Positions 1 to 12,524 of a stretch of DNA of 64,000 bases are shown piece by piece. The stretch is taken from assembly GCA_051313645.2 (NCBI GenBank), contig JBNRSN020000013.1, forward strand, positions 50,592,001 to 50,656,000, given 5' to 3'. Below the pieces are notes generated by a model that saw only the letters and a program-made list of their open reading frames with translations, ran no database searches and was not told where the DNA came from. This stretch comes from Centroscyllium fabricii. Lineage: Eukaryota. The position numbers and the translations under genes were made by a program. Positions within the stretch are counted from its first letter, which is position 1. Every line of letters starts with the position of its first letter.

Positions 1-1808
1 ACGCTATATACTGGATATTTACAATACACGCTATATACTGGATACTTACAATACATGCTAATTACTGGATACTTCCAATACACACTATATACTGGACACT
101 TACAACACATGCTATATACTGGATACTTACAATACATGCTATATACTGGATACTTACAATACACACTATATACTGGATACTTTTTATACACGCTATATGC
201 TGGATACTTACAATACATGCTATATACTGGATACTTATAATACACGCTATATGCTGGATACTTACAATACACGCTATATACTGGATACTTACAATACACG
301 CTATATACTGGATACTTACAATACACGCTATATACTGGATACTTACAATACACGCTATATGCTGGATACTTACAATACACGCTATATGCTGGATACTTAC
401 AATACACGCTATATACTGGATACTTAGAATACACGCTATATACTGGATACTTACAATACACACTATGGATACCTACAATACACGCTATATACTGGATACC
501 TACAATACACGCTATATACTGGATACTTACAATACACACTATATACTGGATAGTTACAATACATACTATATACTGGATACTTACAATACATGCTATATAC
601 TGGATACTTACAATACACGCTATATACTGGATACTTACAATACACGCTATATACTGGATACTTACAATACACGCTATATACTGGATACTTACAATACACG
701 CTATATACTGGATACTTACAATACACGCTATATACTGGATACTTACAATACACGCTATATACTGGATACTTACAATACACGCTATATGCTGGATACTTAC
801 AATACACGCTATATGCTGGATACTTACAATACACGTTATATACTGGATACTTAGAATACACGCTATATACTGGATACTTACAATACACACTATGGATACC
901 TACAATACACGCTATATACTGGATACCTACAATACACGCTATATACTGGATACTTACAATACACACTATATGCTGGATAGTTACAATACACACTATATAC
1001 TGGATACTTACAATACACGCTATATACTGGATACTTACAATACACGCTATATACTGGATACTTACAATACACACTATATACTGGATACTTACAATACACG
1101 CTATATACTGGATACTTACAATACACGCTATATACTGGATACTTACAATACACGCTATATACTGGATACTTACAATACACGCTATATACTGGATACTTAC
1201 AATACACGCTATATGCTGGATACTTACAATACACGCTATATGCTGGATACTTACAATACACGTTATATACTGGATACTTAGAATACACGCTATATACTGG
1301 ATACTTACAATACACACTATGGATACCTACAATACACGCTATATACTGGATACCTACAATACACGCTATATACTGGATACTTACAATACACACTATATAC
1401 TGGATAGTTACAATACACACTATATACTGGATACTTACAATACACGCTATATACTGGATACTTACAATACACGCTATATACTGGATACTTACAATACACA
1501 CTATATACTGGATACTTACAATACACGCTATATACTGGATACTTACAATACACGCTATATACTGGATACCTACAATACACGCTAAATACTGGATACTTAC
1601 AATACACACTATATACTGGATAGTTACAATACACACTATATACTGGATACTTACAATACACGCTATATACTGGATACTTACAATACACGCAATATACTGG
1701 ATACTTACAATACACGCTATATACTGGATACTTACAATACACGCTGTATACTAGATACTTACAATACACGCTATACACTGGATACTTACAATACTCGCTA
1801 TATATACT
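1..1808. repeat. 27-bp minisatellite (ACGCTATATACTGGATACTTACAATAC)n with 427-bp higher-order repeat; runs off the left edge
   Basis: The unit is directly visible. Variant units (5-bp-deleted CTATGGAT, TAGAATAC, GATAGTT) recur at 427-bp spacing (about 463/890/1317). Confidence 0.97.
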
Positions 1809-2039
1809 GCAATTAACCACTATTTCTTTCAAAGTAGTGTTGTGCAGTTGTCGCATAGAGAGTGGTATTCACTATGAAGCCCTTTTTTTGGTGTGTGCAC
1901 TGCTGTTATCAATTTGGGAAAGTTTCTGCTGACAGCAATCCAGAGGTGGCTCTGCACTGTCCTGGTCAAGCAAGTTGAGTTCCGTTCATATATATTTGCA
2001 CATGTGTATGTTTGCACTTATGTATCTTTGTACATATTT

Positions 2040-2258
2040 TTTACGCAGCGAGTGGTTAGGATCTGTAATTCACTGCCTGAAAGTGTGGTGGAGGCAGACT
2101 CAATCGTGGCTTTGAAAAGGGAGTTGGATAAGTATCTGAAGGAAAACAATTTGCCGGGCTCCGAGGAAAGGACGGGGGTGTGGGACTACCTGAAGTGCAC
2201 TTTCAGAGAGCCAGCATGGGCTCAACAGGCCGAATGACCTCATTCTATGATTCTATGT
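2040..2258 (+). mobile_element. CR1/HER1-type LINE 3' fragment
   Basis: FFTQRVVRICNSLPESVVEADSIVALKRELDKYL is the CR1 ORF2 C-terminus; ends in a (TTCTATGA)n-type tail. Confidence 0.85.
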
Positions 2259-2559
2259 ATCTTTGCACATATGTATGTTTGCACACATGTATGTTTGCAC
2301 ACATGCACTGCCTTCTATTGTTTTAACATATGTTCTGGTGACTCTTTGTTAAAAATTAAGCTTAAAAATTTCCCAGGCAGCCCAGCATACTGTTTGAGCA
2401 TTTAGTAATGTCTCTAATAGAACAGATTTTGATTGGCATTGTTCTTTCTAAGAACTTAAGGCATAATTCAGTGGATAATTTACAGCAAGCTTTTATTTTA
2501 GATGTTAAGATAACCCCCAGCTTCTCTTCGCCACTACAAACTGCCTTCTTAAACCCCTC

Positions 2560-3825
2560 TTCCTGCCCCCTCCACCCTCACCTCCAACAACAAGTGCGAG
2601 GAGCTCATGTAGCTCTATGTCACGAAGATTGAGACCATCCATTCAGCTGCCTCTGCCGCTTCCCTCCCTTCCCCTAGCCCACTAAGCCATACTTCCTCTA
2701 AGGTTCCCTTGCCCTAGCCCAGAACTTGCATCTTTCTCTAGTTTCTCTCCTATCTCCCCTCATGCCCTCTCCGAGCTCAATTTTTCCATAAGACCCACCT
2801 CCTGCTCCCTCGAACCCATTCCCACCAAACTTCTGACCTCCCAAAATCCCTTACTGGCCCCATGTTAGCTGATATTATTAATGGTTCTCTCTCCTCAGGC
2901 ATTGTCTCCCTCCCCTTCAAGTCTGCCATCATCACCCCTCTCCTCAAAAAACACACCCTTGACTCCTCCATCCTTGCAAACTACTGCCCTGTCTCCAAAC
3001 TCCCTTTCCTCTACAAAGTCCTTGAATGTGTTGTCACTTCCCAAATCCATGCCCATCTTTCCTGCAACTCCATGTCTGATTCCCTCCAATCAAGTCTCTG
3101 CCCCTGCCAAAGCACTGAAATGGTTCTTAATAAAGTCATAAATGACATCCCATGTGACTGTGATCATGGTAAACTATCCCTCCTCAGCCTTCTCAACCTG
3201 TCTGCAGCTTTTGACATGATTGACCACACCATCCTCCTCCAATGCCTCTCCTCCATCATCCAGCTGGCTGGGACTGTCCTCACCTGGTTCCATTCTTATC
3301 TGTCCAGTCATAGCCAGAGAATCCCCTGCACCGGCTTCTCTTCCTGCTCCGGCACTTTTACCTCTAAATTCCCCAAGAATCTATCCTGGGCCCCCTCTTA
3401 TTCTTCATCTACATGGTGCCAGTCGACGATATCGTCCGAAAACACGTCAAGTTCCACATGTGCACTGATGATATCCAGCTCTACCCCACCACCACCTCTC
3501 TCGGCCCCTCCACTGCCCCTGTTTTGTCACGCTGCTTGTCCCACATCCAGCATTGAATAAGCAGAAATTTCCTCCAACTAAATATTTGGAAGACTGAAAC
3601 CAATTTGGTCCCCACCAAAAACGTCATTCCCTAAACCTCTCCATCTCTTTACCTCCCTCTCCTTTAAAATGCTCCTTAAAACTTGACTCTTTGACCAAGC
3701 TTTTGGTCACCTGTCCTAATGTCTCCTTATGTGGCTCGGTGTCAAATTGTGTTTGATAATCGCTCCTGTGAAGCACATTGGGACATTTTACAAACCTGGC
3801 GCTATATGAATGCAAGTTGTTGTTC
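2560..3825 (+). mobile_element. Degenerate L2-clade LINE (RT region plus 3' tail)
   Basis: ORF 2862-3560 has PLLKK..LD....NYCPVSKLPFL and LLNLSAAFDMIDH RT motifs; tail GGCGCTATATGAATGCAAGTTGTTG. Confidence 0.85.
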
Positions 3826-3970
3826 TTGTTAAACTTTTATCAGTAAAAATGTTATAAATTATGTGAAGTAATTAGAAATCCCTACCTGAATCATGTCTAT
3901 GTAGAAGTAATCGTACCCAATATTGCTCGGATCATACAGATGTTATAGTGACCAACAATAGTTGGGGACA

Positions 3971-4340
3971 ACACGGTGGCACAGTGGTTAGCACTGCTGC
4001 CTCGCAATAAGGAGCTCCTGGGTTCGAATCCTGCTTGGCCCGGGACCTCTGCGTGGAGTTTGCATGTTCTCCCCCTGTTCGTGTGGGTTTTCTCCGGGTA
4101 CTCCGGTTTCCTCCCCCCACCCAAAGCCATGCAGGTTAGGTGAATTGGAGATGCTAAAAAAAATTGCCCGTGAGTATGTGTGTGGGATATAGTTCTTAGA
4201 GTTGGGGGTGTCGGGGGATATGGGGAGAGGGTAGGAGGGTGGGTGCTGGGTTTGGATGATCAGCCATGATTGCATTGAATGGCGGAGCAGGCTCGAAGGG
4301 CCGAATGGCCTACTCCTGCTCCTATCTTCTGTGTTTCTGT
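3971..4340 (+). mobile_element. HE1-like tRNA-derived V-SINE with CR1/HER1 tail
   Basis: A box TGGCACAGTGG, B box GGTTCGAATCC, V-domain GTGGAGTTTGCATGTTCTCCCC, tail GGCCGAATGGCCTACTCCTGCTCCTAT. Confidence 0.9.
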
Positions 4341-4379
4341 GCCTCCAGTTTCATTCTTGCTGGGTTTCATCTATTAATT

Positions 4380-4700
4380 AAATAAAAACAGAAAATGCTG
4401 CAAATAGATGGTGAGTCAGTCAGCAGTCTCTCTCTGTCCACCTGACGAAGGGGCAGACGTTCCGAAAGCTTGTGATTTAAAATAAAACCGTTGTACTATA
4501 ATCTGGTGTTGTGTGACTTCTTGCATTTGTCCACCCCAGTCCAACACCGGCACCTCCACATTAAAGCATAAAGAGCAGCAGACACACACAAAACTTCATT
4601 CCTTGTCTTTTATCCATACATATCTGGCTGAGCTGCTGCGCATTGCCAGCATTTTCCGTTTTTATTTTATATGTCCAGCATTTGCAGTATTTCCTGTTTA
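4380..4700. mobile_element. Penelope-like element terminal-repeat fragments containing a minimal hammerhead motif (4438-4474)
   Basis: CAC-CTGACGA-AGGGGCAGACGTTCC-GAAA-GCTT-GTG; the same repeat occurs at 9458-9707, 25022-25140, 27975-28054 and 55878-56075. Confidence 0.7.
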
Positions 4701-4718
4701 ATTCGGCCATTAATGTTT

Positions 4719-4737
4719 CGGCCACCAGATGGAGCCA
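4719..4737 (+). promoter_or_regulatory. Candidate CTCF site
   Basis: CGGCCACCAGATGGAGCCA closely matches the CTCF core CCACCAGRKGGCRC; motif match only. Confidence 0.45.
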
Positions 4738-5989
4738 TCCCATTGAAGACGGTCGGATTCGGGGTGCCCTGAGCGGCTTGTTTCCCCAGCACTTTATTCT
4801 TCATGTTGCATCTTCGCAAGAGAAGGGGAAAAAAAGTTCCTTTTCCAGAGCCGCATTCAGACCATGTCGCATCGTAAATAAACTGAAACCGTACTTCAAA
4901 ACTGACGACAAAATTGTATTTTTTCATTTGATAAGAAAATAAATTTGTCCTTCTCTGTTACATATAGAATATATATATATACAGCAACACCACATCCATG
5001 CCTAGGAAAAGAGAACTGGCTCTTGGTGCAGATGATTCTCCTTTCGCATTTTCCGCTTTCAGTTTTAAATAGGTCAATTTATTATGTTAATTAAATGTGA
5101 TTAGCAAGTTTTGTTATTTGAACTTTGTTTTGATTGCCCAACGCTTGTGTGAGTATAATTCTGTGACTGACTCTTCGTTACTTCACCACTCCAAGCAATC
5201 TGTTCAATGTTTAACGCTAGTTTTAGTTTAACAATAAGCTGAGTATCTGCACCCATCGCTGGACCGACGTCGGAAACAATCTGGGCTGAGGTGCAGTGTT
5301 TTCGGTTTTCTACAGTTTAAATAATCGTTGTGAATACAATCGGAAAATAAATGTGTTGTATGTTAACTGCTCAGTTTGCTTGCCGCGCCTGGGGTGGTCA
5401 GTGGGATGATATTCCCATTCCCGGTGTGTTTTATGTCCCTGTGTGACCCTGTGTGAAGCCATGCTTGAATTTTCAGCAAAGACTTTCCCTGTCCTGGAAG
5501 TTCAGTCGCCGCCATCAACCTGTGTACCTGGGCACAGACACCACTTCAAACTCTAGCTGATCGGCCCTAAACCCTGGGATTGAGCTGTGAGCGCTCCTAC
5601 ATATACTTCAATGGGGTTGGCTGGAGTTAGGGTTCAAACAGTCCGTCGGAAATTCATACTTGTTTACGGGTGAAGCGGAGTCATCCATGGAAACAATTGT
5701 TAACTGTGACACTATCAAAAGGCCCAGACAGGGAATGCACAAAATGTAAACATCATTTAATTGACAGCAATCGAAGCACTAACACTGGGGGTTTCAAACG
5801 CTCTCTAGAAACCCCTCTGCTCAGTGGCAAAGGACCGTAAATAAATACTGTACTTTTCGCTCTTGTCGCATTAATGTCCCTGAGATTTTGTGCTTTGTTC
5901 TAGTCGATGTGATAAATGGGCCCGGGTACATGTTTTAGAGAGACTACTGAACGGGTTTACCTAGGGGGGTGGGTGAAAATATTTCAAAT

Positions 5990-7500
5990 TGGAGGCATTG
6001 ATGACAAATAGGTATTCGCTGAAGACAGATGAGAAATCAATTGTTCCCCTCTCACTGCCCCTAAACAGAGGGCATTCCCAAATAGCAGGTAAAATATCCC
6101 GTGTACCTGCATTAATCCAAATGTTATATAGTTTGTTTATACAAACAGCTCCTCATATAAATGCATTTATATAGGAAACTATATATATGGCGTTTGAAAA
6201 ACAGGCCGCCAACAGCCAGTCCATGTCGAATGAACTCCCAGGTTCGGAGAGTTATTCCACTTGCTTTGTGAAACGTCTTTTAGTTCAGGATTAATTCGGA
6301 AACACAAGTGGCGCAGAAGTGAAACGAGATTAGTGGAGTTGTGTGAATTTTTCGTGCAATTTATAATGATGCCATCGGTACATAAAATGAACCCCCAGCC
6401 TGATCGGGAGCCCCACCCCGCCGGCCTGTTATTAATGATTGTTTCAGTGACCGTGCGGGAAACTCAGCGGCCTTGCCACATCTCAACTTTCTAAATACAT
6501 TCCTCGTCCTCCACACACTCTATTTTTATTACTTAACTCCTGACAATTTCGATCCATATTAATCGCGACCGGTTTCATTATTAAAACAAATTAATTCTCC
6601 CTTTTTTTTACCAGTTGCTTCGTAATGATAAACTGCACCCCGTCCATGTGTTCGCAATAAGTGGTTCCATTGCGCTGTCCTTCCCGTCTGCTCATGTCAG
6701 TTTTTACAACAGTCAAGAAAGTGTATTTGGAATCGTACTTAAGAGTGGGACTGAAATGGAGTGAATTTATTGGGACAGAGGCGATTGGCGATTGAGACAA
6801 TCTGATCAGAGTGGCTGGGGAGCTCGCCCCTTGCTTGATAGTGCAGCTTCAAGCCGGCTGTGTTTGAGATATTCCTGGAAATATCTGTTTGAGATATAAC
6901 TGTCTGTAAACAGGCGGAGATGCAAACACACTGCTGAAGACGGAGCTGAGTAGAGGTGGCAAAGAACTGTTGACTAAATATTCCAACAGCAATGGTTATC
7001 AGCCACAACATATGTTCCTGGCACTTATCCTCGAAGGAATTTAGCTCTTTAAAAAAAAAAGATTTTCAAGATGGCATAATAATCAAACAATCAGCACCCA
7101 TTGGTTCCAGCGTCATTAGCTTGTATCTGCCTTTACTTGTGTTGTGTAAGACTGACACATTCGATTACAAGCGAGGAGTTAATTATGAGTGTTAATAACG
7201 CACTTTGCATTAACATATCTGGCACTTTTAATCGCCGAGACGGTGCATTTACGTCAATTTTATTCGTTTACAAAAAGGAGCATTCACAGCTCACGGAGTA
7301 GCACAACCCCAGCATCGTGTTCCCCCACTTCTTTCTCGGGCAAATACGCACGCATATTCAAACCGCTTGGTCCCTGTAAATAATCGAACATTAAGCCTTT
7401 TAATTGTGTTTTACTAATTGGGATGCGAGACGTTGCCGAGCTCCCGGGACGGTGCGCTGGGATGTCACCCAGCCGATTAACACACCTTCTCCTCCGCTCC
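5990..7500. promoter_or_regulatory. Candidate conserved non-coding elements upstream of ARX
   Basis: Repeat-free, CpG-retaining, dense in TAAT/ATTA homeodomain cores. Inferred from composition and position only; no alignment available. Confidence 0.4.
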
Positions 7501-8479
7501 CCATCCAGCTCCTGTCTGACCTGAATGTTCAGTCATCTTCCCAACAAACAGAATGATCAACCTGTGAAAGCACTAAAGCCTGGTAACGTTGATTTCAGGC
7601 AGTGCGAGATGCTCTTGTTTAGTTCACGACCAGTAATCCATATTTTCAGCCGCACAAAACGTCCTGAATATGATTTTTTTTAAATAAATCGCATCTTGCT
7701 GGGGGGAAAAAAACAGTTCCGCCTGCCTTTGGTCAAAAGCAGTTGATTTTTGCATCTTGAAGCGCCAGACGATGAAACAGATCAGATATTTATCTGGTTT
7801 TTATTTTAATGTTTGTTAAAATACATGGATAAAGTATGAATCTACGTGTCTCGTCTTTTTTTAAAAAATTAACGTTTTGTTGATCATTTCATTGACCTTT
7901 ATAATTATAATTTTCCTTTTTTTTTTCTTTTCGAGATTTAGTTGGTACAGCGTTGCGAATCTGTATCTGCTCAAGCGAATATATCCTGCAAGAGCGTTCT
8001 GTATTTACTAGATTGAACAGCCTGTCCTCCCCCCGCCGCTGTGGTTTCGCAGGTCTGTTGTCTGATGTGTTGGGGAGACAGGGAGAGAGACAGATACATG
8101 TTCACAGTCCAGCTTCCCTCTCTGGCTGATGAGTGTGGCATGTCCCCAGTCTAACTCTCTCTCTCTCTCTCTCTGAGATGTGTTTTCCTCTAACAACAAC
8201 TGCCCGAAGTCTGGACAGAAATTCGACTTCGGGATTATTTATCTGCAGGTGTACTAGTTCACAAAAGTTACATTTTTTAAAAACTGACGGTATTTAATGA
8301 GACGAACCCCGAATGAAAACTGAGTCGAAAGCACATGCTGTTAGGGACTCGAATGCTGATATCAGCTGTGTAATTAAATTTAGATCTGCGCTGGAAAAGA
8401 CAAAACGTTTCAGGCTCTCCCCCCGCCCCAGGAAGTCACGCAATGCGCCTTTTTAGCCGGGGAGTGCTATTATATAGAT

Positions 8480-8870
8480 ATGGCATTAAGTTCTCCGCTG
8501 CGAAATATCGGCAATACGCCATTTACAAGGGATTTTATGAGAATAAACGCAGTTTCTAATCAAGTTAATTTTCACACAAAATCCAGTTTCTGTTTTGGGG
8601 CAATTTGGCCGGTCCGTGTGACTTATTATATTCCATAAAAAGGCTTCGCAAGATCCGTTTATGAAATGATTATTAATCTCAACAGTGATCAACTGTGCAG
8701 TCCAAATCACATTCCTGCCAGCTTATATCACGTTCATTGACGAGATCCATATCTTAAAAAAATCACCACAATCGGTATTATTGTAAAACACATTTAGCCA
8801 GGAATACGAACGTTTAATATATCACATTACAAGTTAATCTATCCCTTAATTTGATGGGTGAAGAGGGGGT
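8480..8870. promoter_or_regulatory. Candidate ARX upstream conserved element
   Basis: Repeat-free, TAAT-rich block about 1.5 kb upstream of the ATG; inference. Confidence 0.35.
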
Positions 8871-9457
8871 AGTTACGAAGTCCTGTTGCGGACTCTTTGG
8901 CCTTTGCGGGATTACAGGCTGAAATTCTTCAAATTGTTTCAAAAAATCTCTAAATCAGCTGGGCGTTCCATTGAATTCACCTTCCGACAACAAATGTCGC
9001 TTCATACCGACTGGCTATAATGTGTAACCAGACAGTGAATAATAGTGACCCAATTATAGTTCATTCATTCGCAATATTTAACTGATGGAGTTATAATTGT
9101 TTGAGTTAGAATTCGACAGTTAAAGATTAGATCCTGAAATATATTACTTTCCAAATTGAGTATATCATATTGACGCAAACACTTTGGTGTGAACGATATA
9201 AAGTCAGCACTTTCGCTTATGTTGTAACTCATAAATGTTAGCTACAGAGAGCTTAACGAGTTGTTACAATATATATGGAACGCACAATAGCAAAATACAG
9301 CAGGTGCTGGAAATCCGAAATAACAACAGAAAATGCTGCAAAAACTCAGCAGGCCAGGCAGCATGTTGCTTAGCCTGCTGAGTTTTCCCAGCATTTTCTG
9401 TTATATATGGGACGTACCCTGACCTACAAGGTCGAGCTATCTTACTTTATTTTTCCA

Positions 9458-9707
9458 TGATGTGGAGGTGCCGGTGTTGGACTGGGGTGGACAAATCCAA
9501 GAAGTCACACAACACCAGGTTATAGTCCAAGGTTTTATTTTAAATCACAAGCTTTCGGAGCGTCTGCCCCTTCGTCAGGCGAAAGAGAAGCTGACTTAAA
9601 GAACGCAGCTTCTCTTTCGCCTGACGAAGGGGCAGACGCTCCGAAAGCTTGTGATTTAAAATAAAACTGTTGGACTGTAACCTGGTGTTGTGTGACTTCT
9701 TGCATTT
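9458..9707. mobile_element. Penelope-like inverted terminal repeats forming a palindrome with arms of about 95 bp and hammerhead motifs on both strands
   Basis: 9499-9593 is the reverse complement of 9606-9701; CTGACGA...GAAAGCTT core in each arm. Confidence 0.75.
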
Positions 9708-10019
9708 ATTTTTCCAGAGAGTGATTCCGAATGCCAGAACGTTTTCCAAAACTTAAGCATTGAAAAGTCAGTTAAGGTGCGCACAGGTCAGCTGGAAGTT
9801 GCCAGGTGAGCTCTGCAGGTTACTGTACCTATCTGCTCGGGTAAGTGGGTCTGTTCAGCCTCTCTGCCATCTCCAAGAGTCGGGCGCTCGGTGCAACTCA
9901 ACCAAGAGGAGCCGCTCTCTTCACCGAGGTTCACTCCTCCAAGCTCCAGATCGGGTTTTCCTCTTCGCCCAAACTTCGTGTTGGAGGAAAGTAAAAAAAA
10001 GCGGCTCGACAGCCCTCCC

Positions 10020-10100
10020 TGAGCCAATCACAGGGTCCTCAGCACGTGCATTGGAGAATCCAGAGGAAAGCGATTACAGCCCAATACAAATGTCATTAGT
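10020..10100 (+). promoter_or_regulatory. ARX: ARX proximal promoter (CCAAT boxes, E-box)
   Basis: CCAAT 10024-28, CACGTG 10043-48, ATTGG 10050-54 and CCAAT 10081-85, 95-155 bp upstream of the ATG. Confidence 0.55.
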
Positions 10101-10178
10101 GCCTGGATCAGAGCAAGAACGATCGCTGTACAAGTGGGGCAGTCGCAGCCTCCGGCACCCAGAACCCAGGCTCCAACC

Positions 10179-10365
10179 ATGACAACTCAATACAAGGAGG
10201 AGATCTGCGAGAGATCCGAGTGCAAAAGTAAATCGCCAACTTTGCTCTCTTCTTACTGCATCGACAGTATTCTGGGCCGGAGGAGCCCCTGTAAGATCCG
10301 CTGTATTGGAGCCCAAGCGTTGCCGCTTCTCGCAGCCAGGAATGAGCCGGACACAGTCAGTGAAG
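10179..10365 (+). CDS. ARX: ARX exon 1 (MTTQYKEE..., eh1/octapeptide SYCIDSILG)
   Basis: [29 protein letters not shown] is the ARX N-terminus; CAACCATG start; donor GTAAGG at 10366, phase 1. Confidence 0.96.
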
Positions 10366-11965
10366 GTAAGGATTTATTTACAGGGGAATGGGGGGGGGGG
10401 GGGGGGGGAACTTCAATCGATCACAGCACCGAAGATCCAGACAGCACTTTTAAGCACAAAAAAAATAACCGCGTTTCTCTACAAAGGGTTGGAAGTGTTG
10501 ACACTATAGCACTCCAGTGTGCATCGCATCGGTGCCTTGTTTGCAAATCTGCATAGTATTGTTTGAGAGACGTGTACTGTGTAAAATCTGTCTTAAAACA
10601 CTTGGTAATTTTGCAGTAATCCAAGTACTTTCTAGTTCAGGCTAGGGATACCTGACTAGTGCAGAAAATGTTGAAGATTATATTACCGATTCGTGTACCA
10701 CAACAGTTGTTTTAAATTTTGTATTTATATAAAACCTTGGACTTTTGTTTACAATGATTAATGTGCCTTGATAGAGATGGCGTATATAACATTGGTTACT
10801 TTCCAAATGTGCTGTCGAAAAACACACCAATATCAAATTGCGCCTTTTCCGTTAAATACGCTTCGAAAAAAGGAACCCCGATTCTAACTTTCACCCCGTC
10901 TCTGCTGATCTCTATCGTCATCTTCGTTGATACAACTTTTAAATAGCAATGGATGGAGACTTGCATGAAACGTTTAGGAATGATTCGGGATTTTAAAAAG
11001 ACATTTAATTTTAAATACAAAGAATGATTCCGTGAAATCAAGTTTCTCAGTTAAGATTTCCAGAAGGAAAGTAGATTCAAATAGATTAAAGTCGATGAAG
11101 GTTTCTGATGGAATGGCAATGAGGCAGGGCGGCGAATGTTCAATCGCCATTCTATATCTACAGTAAAATCAAAGGCTGTAAAAAGAACCGCATGTGTGTC
11201 ATACGAGCTGCAAATGGGAATAAATGGTTTAAAATCTCCAGACATTGGTGTCACTCGCAGCGCGCTGTTTGAGTGGTAATATTCCGATATAAAGGAGCTT
11301 GACTAACAATGAAGTGATGATGTGAGGTGGCGCGGCTCTGCGGAGTTTGCAGGAGTTGGTGCACTTTACATTGTGAACCAGAGTCCTTCCAAACTACACA
11401 AGGCACGCTCCGAAAACAAACTGACCATTTCTTTAAAGGTGATTCTTTGATTCTTTCCGGAGTGTCACTGTTCTCTGGGAAATTGGGGGGGGGGGGGGGG
11501 AGGAATAACAACTTATACTGTTGTCGCCCGCTACACTGACCCCCCGATTCCCGCGGCCTGGTCTGGTGCTATCTCCTCCCTTATTAATTAAAAGACACTG
11601 TTGTGGGGAGGGGTGGGGTGGGGGGCGCAGTTTGCATTCATTTTACACGTAAAGTAGTTGCTCTCTCCAGATTCTCAAACTTCAGTAAATGGAGCACTTG
11701 CTAAACGTTGGCCAAAGTCTCTGCCAACATTTCGCTCTTACTTATGACTTTGCCTGGCAGATGAATCGGTCGGTGTCAGTGTGTGTTCCAGCACAATGTG
11801 TCCGGTCCAGACCCGCGGCCAGTTGGCATCTGTTAAAATACAGGATTTCAGGAAACGCTGTAAAATGTGGCTAATTAGTCAATAGTCTTGGTGAGAGGAG
11901 CAGACTGTGGTTTTTACACCCCCTCTAAATGAGTGATTTACGGATGCCTGTGTTTTTATATATAG

Positions 11966-12524
11966 GATCACCCAAGGAAAACATGTCCTTTGACTCTGAG
12001 CTCCATCTCCCCCCGAAATTCCGAAGGCTGTACGGCCAGGGCGGGAAAATCTTAGACTCCCGGGGATTTAACGAGATTGGTAACGAGAAACTGGAAAGAG
12101 ACAGGCCCTCCGAACCGTTCCGAAACGCCGATCTGAAAATCAGCCAGGCTCCTCAAGTCAGCATCAGCCGCAGTAAATCGTACAAAGAAAACTTCAGCTT
12201 AGGCAAAACGCAAGGAGACAGCGCGCCCAACTTGTCCGAGTCGCCAGATTTAGCTTCGGTGGAGCCGATCGACAAGTCATTGGAGGGAGACACGAAAGAA
12301 GACGCGGCTGAAGATGACTTGTCCCCTAAACTGGTGGAGGAGCCTCAGACGGACGTGGATGTGAAGGATGGGGAGGACAGTCTGTGCTTATCAGCCGGCA
12401 GTGACTCTGAAGAAGGCATGTTAAAAAGAAAACAGCGGCGGTATAGGACTACATTCACCAGCTACCAGCTAGAAGAACTCGAGAGAGCTTTTCAGAAAAC
12501 ACACTACCCAGATGTCTTCACCAG
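11966..12524 (+). CDS. ARX: ARX exon 2 (GSPKEN...[13 protein letters not shown]...[33 protein letters not shown])
   Basis: Acceptor TAG ends at 11965; start of a paired-like homeodomain; donor GT at 12525, phase 2. Confidence 0.97.

Noticed and set aside
55-1856. Long repetitive ORFs on both strands; superficially CRISPR-like periodicity
   Set aside because: These are translations of a 27-bp tandem unit. There are no unique spacers and no cas genes, and the context is vertebrate.
9760-10182. 140-aa ORF overlapping the ARX start
   Set aside because: TTG start, runs through promoter sequence, no recognisable homology.
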